From contig CAZWEM010000002.1 of NCBI GenBank assembly GCA_964632315.1, positions 32,001 to 96,000 on the forward strand: DNA of 64,000 nt. The letters run 5' to 3'. Shown piece by piece: positions 39,562 through 48,875 of the stretch; the first letter of the stretch is position 1, and every line of letters begins with the position of its first letter. Origin of the DNA: an uncultured archaeon. Lineage in GTDB: Archaea; Asgardarchaeota; Lokiarchaeia; Sigyniarchaeales; SOKP01. The position numbers and the translations under genes were made by a program. Under the pieces are notes generated by a model that had not been told where the DNA came from, searched no databases, and saw only the letters and a program-made list of their open reading frames with translations.

Positions 39562-39665
39562 CGCAGATGGAGGGATTTGAACCCCCGCGCGCTTTCACGC
39601 ACCAGCTTTCCAAAGTTTTTAAAAAACTCCTCGAGGCTGGCGTCTTACCACTAGGCTACATCTGC
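39562..39665 (-). tRNA. tRNA-Ser(CGA) with a 22-nt intron at 37/38 (39608..39629)
   Basis: Acceptor GCAGATG/CATCTGC, G73, D-loop AGTGGTA, anticodon stem CCAGC/GCTGG, loop CT-CGA-G|A, long variable arm with GAAA loop, GGTTCAAATCC T-arm, relaxed BHB; CCA not encoded. Confidence 0.9.
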
Positions 39666-39792
39666 AGTTTAAAGATTATTAATTGACTGATTGTATTTAA
39701 TAATTTAATTATTTGGATAATAATAATTTTTTCTGATGTAAGTAAACATAGTAGAAGTTTTATTTAAATAAGAAAAGTGTAAAATTATATTA

Positions 39793-40095
39793 TTAGTTAG
39801 AAGTAGGGATGTAAATTTTTAATTTTAATGAAGGATCGAATAATTTTATTAACCCTTCTTGTTCATACTTTTCCAATAATAACTTGGCAGTGGAAATCCG
39901 TATATCGTATTTTAATGCTAGATCTGAAGCTAAAATTGATTTTTTCTTCAGCAGGCTTTCTTTAATTTCATCCTCTAAAGCACCAGGGATAAATGCATCT
40001 CTTTCTACAATATTGATTTGCTTTGATCTTCCGTACTTTCTTTTTAAATTCAAGGTTGCTTTTCTTGTTAATAACTTGTCTTCTTTCTCAGACAC
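39793..40095 (-). CDS. rps25e: Small-subunit ribosomal protein eS25
   Basis: Basic N-terminus and wHTH ILASDLALKYDIRISTAKLLL..YEQEGLIK. Confidence 0.82.
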   Translation of the reverse strand: MSEKEDKLLTRKATLNLKRKYGRSKQINIVERDAFIPGALEDEIKESLLKKKSILASDLALKYDIRISTAKLLLEKYEQEGLIKLFDPSLKLKIYIPTSN

Positions 40096-40234
40096 AGTAA
40101 TCACAATTAGTTGAACAAATCTTATAACAGTTTATTTATAAAATATTTAAATTATAATAAAATTTTTGATTCTTTGTGAAGATAATCGAAAGACCCTTCT
40201 ATCCTTAAAATTATGCAACTAAAGTGACTAAAAT

Positions 40235-40867
40235 TTGAATGACGGATACAAATTCGAAATTAAACGTAAAAGACCTGAAGATATTTATAGAAATGTATTC
40301 GACTATTATGATTCTGATGAGATTTCAAAATATGCGGAATCAAAAAGTTTAATGAATATACAAGAAAAAATAACTATCAGGGCATTAGAAATTTTAGAAC
40401 TCAACAATAAGAATGCCTTGATTTTAGATTTAGGTTGTGGTCCAGGGTTTGCGGGTATCTATTTAAATGAACTCGGATATAAAATCATTTCCATAGATCT
40501 TTTATTAGATTTCCTAAGATATTATGATATTAAAGAATTAAGTCCAATACAGAGTGACATGAGTTTTCTTCCTTTTCGATCACGCATTTTTGATGCGATA
40601 GTTTCAATTTCATCTTTACAATGGCTTCACAGAATTTATCATTCGAAAACTACTATTAACTTAATTAAAAATCTTGCTGCAGATGTCTATAAGATATTAA
40701 AACCCTCATCAAAAGCAATATTTCAATTTTATCCTAAAAATGACAGTATTATGAAGGAAATAGGGAAGATTTTTATTGAATCCACTCCATTGGAAGGAGG
40801 TTTTATAATAGACAATCCAGAATCTGCAAAAAAAAGGCAAATTTTTCTAATTCTTAACAAGAATTAA
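40235..40867 (+). CDS. Bud23/WBSCR22-like SSU rRNA guanine-N7 methyltransferase
   Basis: RPE, IQ.KIT.RALE.L.L, ILDLGCGPG, PFR...FDAIVSISSLQWL, QFYPKND and GG.IIDNPES.K follow the eukaryotic Bud23 motif series. Confidence 0.85.
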   Translation: MNDGYKFEIKRKRPEDIYRNVFDYYDSDEISKYAESKSLMNIQEKITIRALEILELNNKNALILDLGCGPGFAGIYLNELGYKIISIDLLLDFLRYYDIKELSPIQSDMSFLPFRSRIFDAIVSISSLQWLHRIYHSKTTINLIKNLAADVYKILKPSSKAIFQFYPKNDSIMKEIGKIFIESTPLEGGFIIDNPESAKKRQIFLILNKN

Positions 40868-41036
40868 TTCTCGTTCGATTTAAGAGCGATTTATCTTTAT
40901 TGAAATCCAATGAAATACAATTTGTTATTTATTAGCTAAGAGTTAAATATGAAAAATTGTATAATAGATGGTAAAAAGTCCCACTTTTTAAATAAATAAA
41001 AATTGAATTTTCAAAAAACTTTTGTGTGAAATTTTA

Positions 41037-44000
41037 ATGATACAAAAAAAATTAAGTCAAAAACAACGCAAATTATTGGGTTTAACAACTCTTTTTGTCG
41101 TATTAAACATTCCCTTGCTATTAGGAATTTTTCCTTTAACAAGTCAGGACGTTGTTTCAAAACAAACTGAAGATAATGATGAAACATTGAATGTAAATGA
41201 TGTTGGATATGATTTATGGTGGAATACAAACTTTGAATATCGAAGTCTGATAAACATCACTAATCCCTATAATGAAGCATTTGATGATTTCGTCACTAAG
41301 ATTTCATTCAACTATACTACATATGTCACTATGGGTAAAATGAACGATAGTTTGAAAGACGTTAGAATAGTTCAAAATGGAATAGTAAAAGAATATTATA
41401 TTCAAAAAGATTTTCCTAACGAAGATATTGCAACAGTTTGGTTTAAAGTCAATGTAAGTGCCGGTCCTATAGTACAACAAGATACCTACATGTACTATGG
41501 TAATAACTCTATAGGGTTTGATGCAAAACTAATGGCTAAAAATCCAGATGGGTTAATTTGGTACAATTGCGAAGAAGGTTCGGGAAATATTTTAATTGAT
41601 AGCATGGGGAACTACAATGCCACTATTCATGCAGTTGGTGCTGATTTGTGGGATTCATCTGATCCTGCGATTGGAGCCTATTCTTTAACTTTTACAAATA
41701 ATGATTATATTGCCATACAAGATCTTTATTTTGAAGGTAGGAATACAATAGATGCACTTACAGTAATGGTATGGTTTAAGACAGCAGCATCCTCCTCTTC
41801 ATATACGGATAATTGGGCATTTTTCGATTTTGATCGTTCTGAAACATTTAATTTCTTCATTACACCAGGAACTGGAGGGAATCCAACGACTCCTTGTACA
41901 GAAGGAAGTATTGGTTTTGGAACATCCGCTCAAGGCTCTTCACCTGTCACTTCTGACTTTTTTAGTAATACGGATCATTTAAATGATGGAAGATGGCATT
42001 TTGCAGCTGCTAGCTACGATGGACTGGATAAAAGAATCTACATTAATGATTCTTTAGATAATACAGATCTCAATGCTCATGCAGGGCTAGCTTTAGGAAG
42101 AGATACGACTCGTTATGGATTCGTTGGTGATGGTTCTGAAGCATCTACTTTTGATGGAAATCGAAATGGCTTTTATTATACAGGAAGTTTAGATGAAGTT
42201 CGTTTTTTCGAACAATCTTTGGACGCGAACAGAATAGAACAGATATATAATGGTTATGAATTAGCGACTACATTGAACGAGGAACAAATACGATTTGCAC
42301 AAATAAGCGTCATAGCTAAGGATGTAGATGGTCGTATAGTACCAAACGTTGAAGTGACTCTTTACAATGAAACTGGCCCATTTTTAACTCAAACTACTGA
42401 TTCTAGAGGATTAGTGGAATTTATTGAAGTCCCTTTTGGAGATTATAATATGACAGCTAATTTTACATCTTCTCTCGGGGTGGAAAAAATGGTATTTAAT
42501 AGCAGTGAAATTGGAAAAGAATACTCCTTTAACGGACTAATATATAAGGTCTATATCGAATTAGATATTTGGGCGATTGATTTTCAAGTGGAAGATTGGA
42601 ATGGAGATCCAATGGATCAAGGTTTTATCGAAATATGGGATACTGATTCGAAAAACACATTGATTGATAACTTAACAATCAATCCTGATACAGGTTTACA
42701 GACTTTTAGATGGCTTAATACATCATCATATTACTATGAAATTTACTATAATAATCCTGATTATACTCCTCAGATAACTAAAATGAACAGTAGTACCATC
42801 TTACGCTCGAATTACGTTAATAACTTTAAAACCTTCACAAGAACTATAAATATAAATGAATCCGCGACTGAATATGTTGCACCATATTTTGGATTAAATG
42901 AGAACTATTACACGAGTGATTCTAATTCGACTGAGATTGGAAACACAAAAATTATCGATGCCACGTTCCAATTAGACAAAATGTTAGAGAGATTACATGA
43001 GATATATATTTACACGATTTCCAATAAGTACGATCCTACGTTTTATGATCCAAATGAGATATTTTATAAAAATTATGTCACTGAGACTTCTGATATCATT
43101 AACATTAATGTTACTGAAGCTACTGATGCTTTTGGATTGAGAATGGAATTATCATGGCTAAATACTTCAGCAAATTGTAATGGTACCGTTAATATTACAT
43201 ACACTCAAACATGCAATCAATTTATAAAACTCAACATGTCAAAATTAGAGATTAGAGTATTCGATTATACAGGAATTCCCGATCCTATTCAATATATCAT
43301 CGTGGAGGTTCGAAACAATTCTACAAAGGATTTAATAACGAGCCTTATTACTGATCCTGATGGAATCGCCACGGGTCAAACTTTAGGAGGTTATGGTTTT
43401 TGGTATTTGAATGACGTCTATGAATTTTCGCTGGAATTTTATGGTACACCAAATCGACCATTTAATGTTACCTATTCAGATCAGTGGGTAAAAGGAGATT
43501 TTGTTACTTCGTATAACTACACACTAAGTAAGGCATCTCTTCTGGAATTTGAAATGAATATCAATTTAGATAACTTCTTATCCGAGTTTAGAAATCAAAC
43601 TTGGGACACATCCACTGATTGGGGAGACAATATGAGCTTTGAAGTCAATTATACGATTTCAAGTGACGGAGGAAATAGCTGGAGCGCGATTTCGAGCCCG
43701 GATTATGCAATCTATAAAGTAAGAAAAGTTGGATTCAGTTCCATCTTGCTTAGCGGAGATATGGATGATCAAGGTAATGGAAATTATTCAATCACACTTA
43801 ATTCTGGTTCATTGACTGCAGGATTATCTTATACTTTAAGTGTATATGGGAGTAAAATTGGCTATATTGATCCTGATCCTGCTATAATGAGTTTCCAGGT
43901 AAATAGTGTTCCTACTAGTCTTACTTTCTATAATTACTCAAATCCAACACAAAGTATAACTTCTATATCTCAATACTATGGAGAATCAATGAATGTTTCT

Positions 44001-46595
44001 ATATTGTATAATAATAGTAATACAGATAATCCACTGTTGGGTGCTACTCTTAATTTTAATTGGGATTACGGTTCTGGTTCAATCATGAGCGATACGCGTA
44101 CTGGCTATGAAGAGTATTATGTTTTACAGATAGATACCACTTCATCACCTAATACGGGATTGTTTAAGTTCAAAGTTTCAGCGGAATTAGAGAATTATAC
44201 ATCACAAGTGAATGTGAATTTCGATGTATTCATACTTGATCGTCCCACCTTAATTAATGGAACAAGTCAAGTATTATACATTAGCGAAAATGTATATGCG
44301 CTTGATTCACAAACTTTCATATTCAATTATACTGATACAAACTCAGATAGCTTGATTGACAGTGCTAATGACGTTAATTACTTCTGGCAGAAATTAGATG
44401 AATTAGGTAATCCTATAATTGGCGAGACAGATTCCGGAGTATTAACTGAACTACCTAGCAACCTTTATCTTCTAAGTATTGGAACTGACGTTATGGAAGT
44501 AGGGGATTATTTTGTATACGTAACACTTCAAAAATTTAACTATGAAGACAGAGCAGCAATAATATCCTTATCAATTTTAGAACGTCCAACAAGATTAAAT
44601 GGCAGCTTGTCACTTCCTACAGTTTTTAAAAGTATAGACCAATTTGAGTCTTTTAATTTTACATTCACTTACACTGATTCATTAACATCTCAATCAATTA
44701 CTGATCTTGACATACAATCGTATAATTATAGCAGTGATGCTGAATCTTCTTCTGGTAATATTCCTCTTGGATATGATTCGAACAAAAAAATTTATTATCT
44801 TGATGGATTTGATACATCTACAAAGCCAAATGGCACGTATATTATAGATGTCTTTTTTGGGAAGCAGAATTACTCTAGTCAAACTGTGAGAATTAATTTA
44901 GTGATTAATTTTGTAATCAGTGATTATAATTCATCATTAAATCTAATTTCCAAAAGCCCACTTGATTTTTCTAATGATATTTACTGGAGAGATGAGGTAA
45001 CCGTTACATTCAATTTCACTACCAGTGATCCAACAAATGGAACTATTTTAAGTGACCCAGATTCTTTATACTTACAATTCCTTTATGATTCCCTTAATCC
45101 AATTGGAACTCAGATTAATTTACTCGGTTACAAGATTGCAACAGGAATTTATTCATACACCTTTAACACATCAGCATTTAATTTTGTTGGGGGTTATTCC
45201 TATTACATTAGCATTAAAGGTGGAAAATCTCCATATACTGCACCTCATGAGCTTCAGATATTATTCAAGGTACAATCTATTTTAACTCAACTTACAGTGC
45301 ATAATTATACAACTAATAACGAATATTCTCCATATGTAATTAATACATATTGGAATCAGCAATTCAATATTACGATTAGATATTCTGAAATTGCAACTGG
45401 TTGGAATATTGAGGGAGCTACAGTTAGTTTCAGTTGGTTCTTCGGATCTGGAGTAATTCAACCTGATTCTGTCAAGGGAAATGGATATTATACTTTTTTA
45501 TTTGATACGGGCAACGCTACTGAAACTTCCGTATATAATATCCAGTTAATAGCGACAAAGCAAAACTTTACAGACGGATTACCATACACCACTTTTCAAA
45601 TTAATATTATGGATAGGCCTACTGAATTAAACTCAACGGGTAATGTTTTCTATGTCAATGAAAAAATATACATACTTGATGTACATAACTTTACATTTAG
45701 ATACATTGATGTCTTAAGTTCCTCACCGATTTCTAATGCTGATGAATTAAGTTATATTCTTCAGAAGTTAGATTCAAATGGATACCCAATCTCAGGGGAA
45801 ACTTTTACTGGCTCTTTAATTGAAAATTCTCAGAATTATTATGTACTTGATTTAGACACGGAATCACTATCAAGTGGAGAATATTCCATCTTGATTACAT
45901 TACGCAAGGATAATTATGAATATCGAACTTCTGTTATGACTTTAACCGTACAAAAACGAGTATTTTCAATACAAATGAGCATCGATAATGAAATAGAAAT
46001 TGACGCAGCAAAATCTTTGCAATTCCAAGTAACTTTAACTGATCCGAATAATAGTTCAGCTACGGTTTCTGGAGCGGAAGTATACTTAATGATTGGTGGA
46101 ACCAGATACGATGCAAACGAAATAGATGATGGAGTATATCAATTCGATATTCCTGCCCTGGCGGATCCATTCTTTGTACCTGAATTCTTCAGGCTTGAAT
46201 TACACATTGAAAAGACAAATTTCCTTAATGAACAGAATACAATTACACTCAATGTAAAGATGAATGAAATCTTTCCGGGGGTTCCAACATTTTATTTCAT
46301 ACTGATTGTGGTTGGTGTGGCTGCTGTTGTAGGTTCACTTGTAGCATATCGAGCAATCCAACAAGCAAGAATTCCAAAGTTTGTTAAGAGGACAAGAGCG
46401 ATGAAAAAAGAGATAAAAGGACGCAAATCGATATCAGATAGTCTATTGTATCCAAGTAAAGAGGAATATATCCTAAAAGAACAAGGAGATAAATGGGACA
46501 TGATAGGTTTATCACTAGGAAGTATTTTAGGAATTGACACGAAAAGAAAGAAAACTATGCCAAAAACTCCTGAAAATGAGGGAGGTGTTGATTAA
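41037..46595 (+). CDS. Giant cell-surface protein: N-terminal signal/TM, DUF2341-like, LamG, Ig-like repeats, C-terminal TM and basic cytoplasmic tail
   Basis: WWNTNFEYR...YMYYGN, DGRWHFAAASYDG...GSLDEVR, repeated RPT.LN boundaries, many NxS/T sequons, TM FYFILIVVGVAAVVGSLVAY. Confidence 0.9.
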   Translation: MIQKKLSQKQRKLLGLTTLFVVLNIPLLLGIFPLTSQDVVSKQTEDNDETLNVNDVGYDLWWNTNFEYRSLINITNPYNEAFDDFVTKISFNYTTYVTMGKMNDSLKDVRIVQNGIVKEYYIQKDFPNEDIATVWFKVNVSAGPIVQQDTYMYYGNNSIGFDAKLMAKNPDGLIWYNCEEGSGNILIDSMGNYNATIHAVGADLWDSSDPAIGAYSLTFTNNDYIAIQDLYFEGRNTIDALTVMVWFKTAASSSSYTDNWAFFDFDRSETFNFFITPGTGGNPTTPCTEGSIGFGTSAQGSSPVTSDFFSNTDHLNDGRWHFAAASYDGLDKRIYINDSLDNTDLNAHAGLALGRDTTRYGFVGDGSEASTFDGNRNGFYYTGSLDEVRFFEQSLDANRIEQIYNGYELATTLNEEQIRFAQISVIAKDVDGRIVPNVEVTLYNETGPFLTQTTDSRGLVEFIEVPFGDYNMTANFTSSLGVEKMVFNSSEIGKEYSFNGLIYKVYIELDIWAIDFQVEDWNGDPMDQGFIEIWDTDSKNTLIDNLTINPDTGLQTFRWLNTSSYYYEIYYNNPDYTPQITKMNSSTILRSNYVNNFKTFTRTININESATEYVAPYFGLNENYYTSDSNSTEIGNTKIIDATFQLDKMLERLHEIYIYTISNKYDPTFYDPNEIFYKNYVTETSDIININVTEATDAFGLRMELSWLNTSANCNGTVNITYTQTCNQFIKLNMSKLEIRVFDYTGIPDPIQYIIVEVRNNSTKDLITSLITDPDGIATGQTLGGYGFWYLNDVYEFSLEFYGTPNRPFNVTYSDQWVKGDFVTSYNYTLSKASLLEFEMNINLDNFLSEFRNQTWDTSTDWGDNMSFEVNYTISSDGGNSWSAISSPDYAIYKVRKVGFSSILLSGDMDDQGNGNYSITLNSGSLTAGLSYTLSVYGSKIGYIDPDPAIMSFQVNSVPTSLTFYNYSNPTQSITSISQYYGESMNVSILYNNSNTDNPLLGATLNFNWDYGSGSIMSDTRTGYEEYYVLQIDTTSSPNTGLFKFKVSAELENYTSQVNVNFDVFILDRPTLINGTSQVLYISENVYALDSQTFIFNYTDTNSDSLIDSANDVNYFWQKLDELGNPIIGETDSGVLTELPSNLYLLSIGTDVMEVGDYFVYVTLQKFNYEDRAAIISLSILERPTRLNGSLSLPTVFKSIDQFESFNFTFTYTDSLTSQSITDLDIQSYNYSSDAESSSGNIPLGYDSNKKIYYLDGFDTSTKPNGTYIIDVFFGKQNYSSQTVRINLVINFVISDYNSSLNLISKSPLDFSNDIYWRDEVTVTFNFTTSDPTNGTILSDPDSLYLQFLYDSLNPIGTQINLLGYKIATGIYSYTFNTSAFNFVGGYSYYISIKGGKSPYTAPHELQILFKVQSILTQLTVHNYTTNNEYSPYVINTYWNQQFNITIRYSEIATGWNIEGATVSFSWFFGSGVIQPDSVKGNGYYTFLFDTGNATETSVYNIQLIATKQNFTDGLPYTTFQINIMDRPTELNSTGNVFYVNEKIYILDVHNFTFRYIDVLSSSPISNADELSYILQKLDSNGYPISGETFTGSLIENSQNYYVLDLDTESLSSGEYSILITLRKDNYEYRTSVMTLTVQKRVFSIQMSIDNEIEIDAAKSLQFQVTLTDPNNSSATVSGAEVYLMIGGTRYDANEIDDGVYQFDIPALADPFFVPEFFRLELHIEKTNFLNEQNTITLNVKMNEIFPGVPTFYFILIVVGVAAVVGSLVAYRAIQQARIPKFVKRTRAMKKEIKGRKSISDSLLYPSKEEYILKEQGDKWDMIGLSLGSILGIDTKRKKTMPKTPENEGGVD

Positions 46596-46596
46596 A

Positions 46597-47706
46597 ATGC
46601 CAGTTGGATTAGTTGTGATGAAATGGGATGAAAGAGTCGGTACTGAAATACTAGCAAAATATCCAGAAGAGATAATTGTTACCGATAAAACTCTAATGCA
46701 GGTCTATAGTACACATGAATATAGTGGTGACTCCGGTATGATCAGTTTAATGGTTGGATCATTAAATATTGCTTCATACTATACCGGACCTGAAAAAGGA
46801 TATTATGTTCTACTATTATTAAACCTTGACGACGACCCAGATTCATATGAGGGAGGTTTGATTGATGTTTCTAGGATCATTCTGCAGAATTTGGAGGAGG
46901 AAGCTTATCTAAGCATGATACCTTCACTCTTCCAGAGATTGTCTATCTATCCCACCCTCAATGACGAACAAAGAATTGCGATAACTTACCAAGATGAAAT
47001 CAAGAGAATGATAATTAGCAGGTTGAGAGAAGAAGGTGTTGTTTCAAAATCAGAATTAATGGTGTGGTTGAAAGATAAGTATAAACAAGGTTTCGTCGAT
47101 TTAGAAGGAGTCTTGACTGAATTAATTAAACGAGAACTTGTGAAGGAAGCATCTGTAAAAGGAATGCCGTCTGAGTTGATCTTTCTCACTCATGATATTA
47201 TGATGTTAAGGACACCTCCAGTTCAGCTTTTAAAAGATCCCGCAGATCGAGGGTTACCTGCTCAATTAGCTGAGGATTATCGAGTAGAAGTCAAAAAGTT
47301 CTTTCAGAATTATAAACCATCGGAACAAGATAATTTAAGAGTAATAGATATCATTGTAAATCCTCAAGTATATGAAACTTTGAAATTACTTAGAAATGCT
47401 ATTGTCACTAAAAATGATCTTGAAAAACTCAAGAAAAAAGGAGTAGAAGATATTGATGACGTACTTAAAATGCTCTGGGAAAGCCAAATGATCCAAGTAT
47501 TTCAAGATGATTCTAACAATGAATATTACGCTTTATTATCTGATTTTTACGTCAATTTGATCTTTCCAAAATACTTATTGAACATAATTAAGGCAGAGTA
47601 CGAAAAAAAGTCGAAAGCAGAGCAAGTTTTAGTTGAATATCTTAATGTTTTAGAAGATACTTATTTAGAATCTAAATCAGTAACCAAAGTAAAAGCAAAA
47701 GAATAA
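46597..47706 (+). CDS. Putative longin/uDENN-like domain protein with C-terminal winged-helix-like regions
   Basis: ATG 46597 (SD GGAGGTG, 1 nt after the upstream stop); GLVVMKWDERVGTEILAKYP resembles a uDENN/NPRL2-type first hairpin. Confidence 0.6.
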   Translation: MPVGLVVMKWDERVGTEILAKYPEEIIVTDKTLMQVYSTHEYSGDSGMISLMVGSLNIASYYTGPEKGYYVLLLLNLDDDPDSYEGGLIDVSRIILQNLEEEAYLSMIPSLFQRLSIYPTLNDEQRIAITYQDEIKRMIISRLREEGVVSKSELMVWLKDKYKQGFVDLEGVLTELIKRELVKEASVKGMPSELIFLTHDIMMLRTPPVQLLKDPADRGLPAQLAEDYRVEVKKFFQNYKPSEQDNLRVIDIIVNPQVYETLKLLRNAIVTKNDLEKLKKKGVEDIDDVLKMLWESQMIQVFQDDSNNEYYALLSDFYVNLIFPKYLLNIIKAEYEKKSKAEQVLVEYLNVLEDTYLESKSVTKVKAKE

Positions 47707-47743
47707 TTTTTTTTTTATTTTATATTTCTTTTTTATTTTAATT

Positions 47744-48730
47744 TTAATGTGGATTTGAAGCTATTCCTATAAGCAAACCTTGATGTTCAAAGATATCAAT
47801 ATTATTTAATCCGTTTTTATTCATCTCTAAATATAATTCATCATATGTATAAATACGGTTGATAAGTGCTGCTTTATATAACTTAATCAACTCATTGATA
47901 AAGATATTATCTGTCATTTGAAAATCTGCAACAGCAACAAGAATAATATATCCTTTAGGTTTGGTTACCCTTACAACTTCCTTTAAGATCTCATTTCTTG
48001 TCATTTCATAAAACTTTGGAGTTTTTTTATATACTGGTATAAAAGTGGCATCGAAAAAATTTTCTCTTTCTCGAAAAAGACCCCCTACAATTTCACTGTA
48101 ACGATACTTCCCCTTATTTATAGCAGATTTCGATTGGTTAATTTCATTTTTTGAAAGGATATAAATCTCGTTGCTAAATGATGAGATTTGATTTAGAATT
48201 GACAGTGGGACAAATTCAGATAACCAAATAGATAATACTCTATTAAAATTTTGAGTTCCAACTTTATCTAAAAATTTTTTGAAGAAATTTTCACGATATT
48301 CAGTTGATTCCATAACGTTATTATTTATAAGGAATTTAAGCAATAATTTTGGTATGAAATTAGTGTAATTAGTAGGATTTACTGCGACTTTTCCAGTTGT
48401 ACCATTATAAGTTAGTAACCCTCGTTTTTCAAGTTTGTCAAGGCTATAATAGAATTTTCCGGTTGACAATTTTTTAGGCACAGTAATAAATTCTTGAAAT
48501 TTAAGGGATTGAGGATTATCTTCAAGTTCTACTGGAGATTTACGCTCTCTAAACTCAATAAATTGCTTAACTTCAGTGAATAAAACGTGTCTCACCACTG
48601 GTTCTGAATATCGAGCTAAAAATTGTAAGATGATGATTTCTGCAATTGATAAATCAGCAAAATCCGAGATTGTATGATAAAGCGCATATTGATAATAATC
48701 ATCTTTATTTTCCAAATAAAGGCATCTCAA
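47744..48730 (-). CDS. wHTH regulator fused to a degenerate SAM-methyltransferase-fold domain
   Basis: LSTGKFYYSLDKLEKRGLL (PadR-like) and FFDA...ILKEVVRVTKPKGYIIL; no GxGxG. Confidence 0.65.
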   Translation of the reverse strand: MRCLYLENKDDYYQYALYHTISDFADLSIAEIIILQFLARYSEPVVRHVLFTEVKQFIEFRERKSPVELEDNPQSLKFQEFITVPKKLSTGKFYYSLDKLEKRGLLTYNGTTGKVAVNPTNYTNFIPKLLLKFLINNNVMESTEYRENFFKKFLDKVGTQNFNRVLSIWLSEFVPLSILNQISSFSNEIYILSKNEINQSKSAINKGKYRYSEIVGGLFRERENFFDATFIPVYKKTPKFYEMTRNEILKEVVRVTKPKGYIILVAVADFQMTDNIFINELIKLYKAALINRIYTYDELYLEMNKNGLNNIDIFEHQGLLIGIASNPH

Positions 48731-48875
48731 TTTTTCAAATCTCTATAAATTAGGTATAAAACGCTTACCATTTAAGTTTTTCTAAAATCAGAGAAAAAAA
48801 TCTCTAATTTAATCGGGAAATTTATAAATTCTTGTTCATTAATGAATCCACCAATAAAAATTAAACGTGATCACA

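Noticed and set aside
39519-39602. N-terminal extension of the PfkB kinase ORF
   Set aside because: It overlaps the tRNA-Ser gene; ATG 39518 gives a normal PfkB start.
39562-39665. tRNA-Sec or tRNA-Leu identity, or use as an integration site
   Set aside because: The anticodon after U33 is CGA, with G73 and a 7-bp acceptor stem; I saw no integrase or duplicated tRNA 3' end.
46534-46596. TTG-started extension of the longin-like ORF
   Set aside because: It overlaps the surface-protein tail; ATG 46597 has a strong SD.
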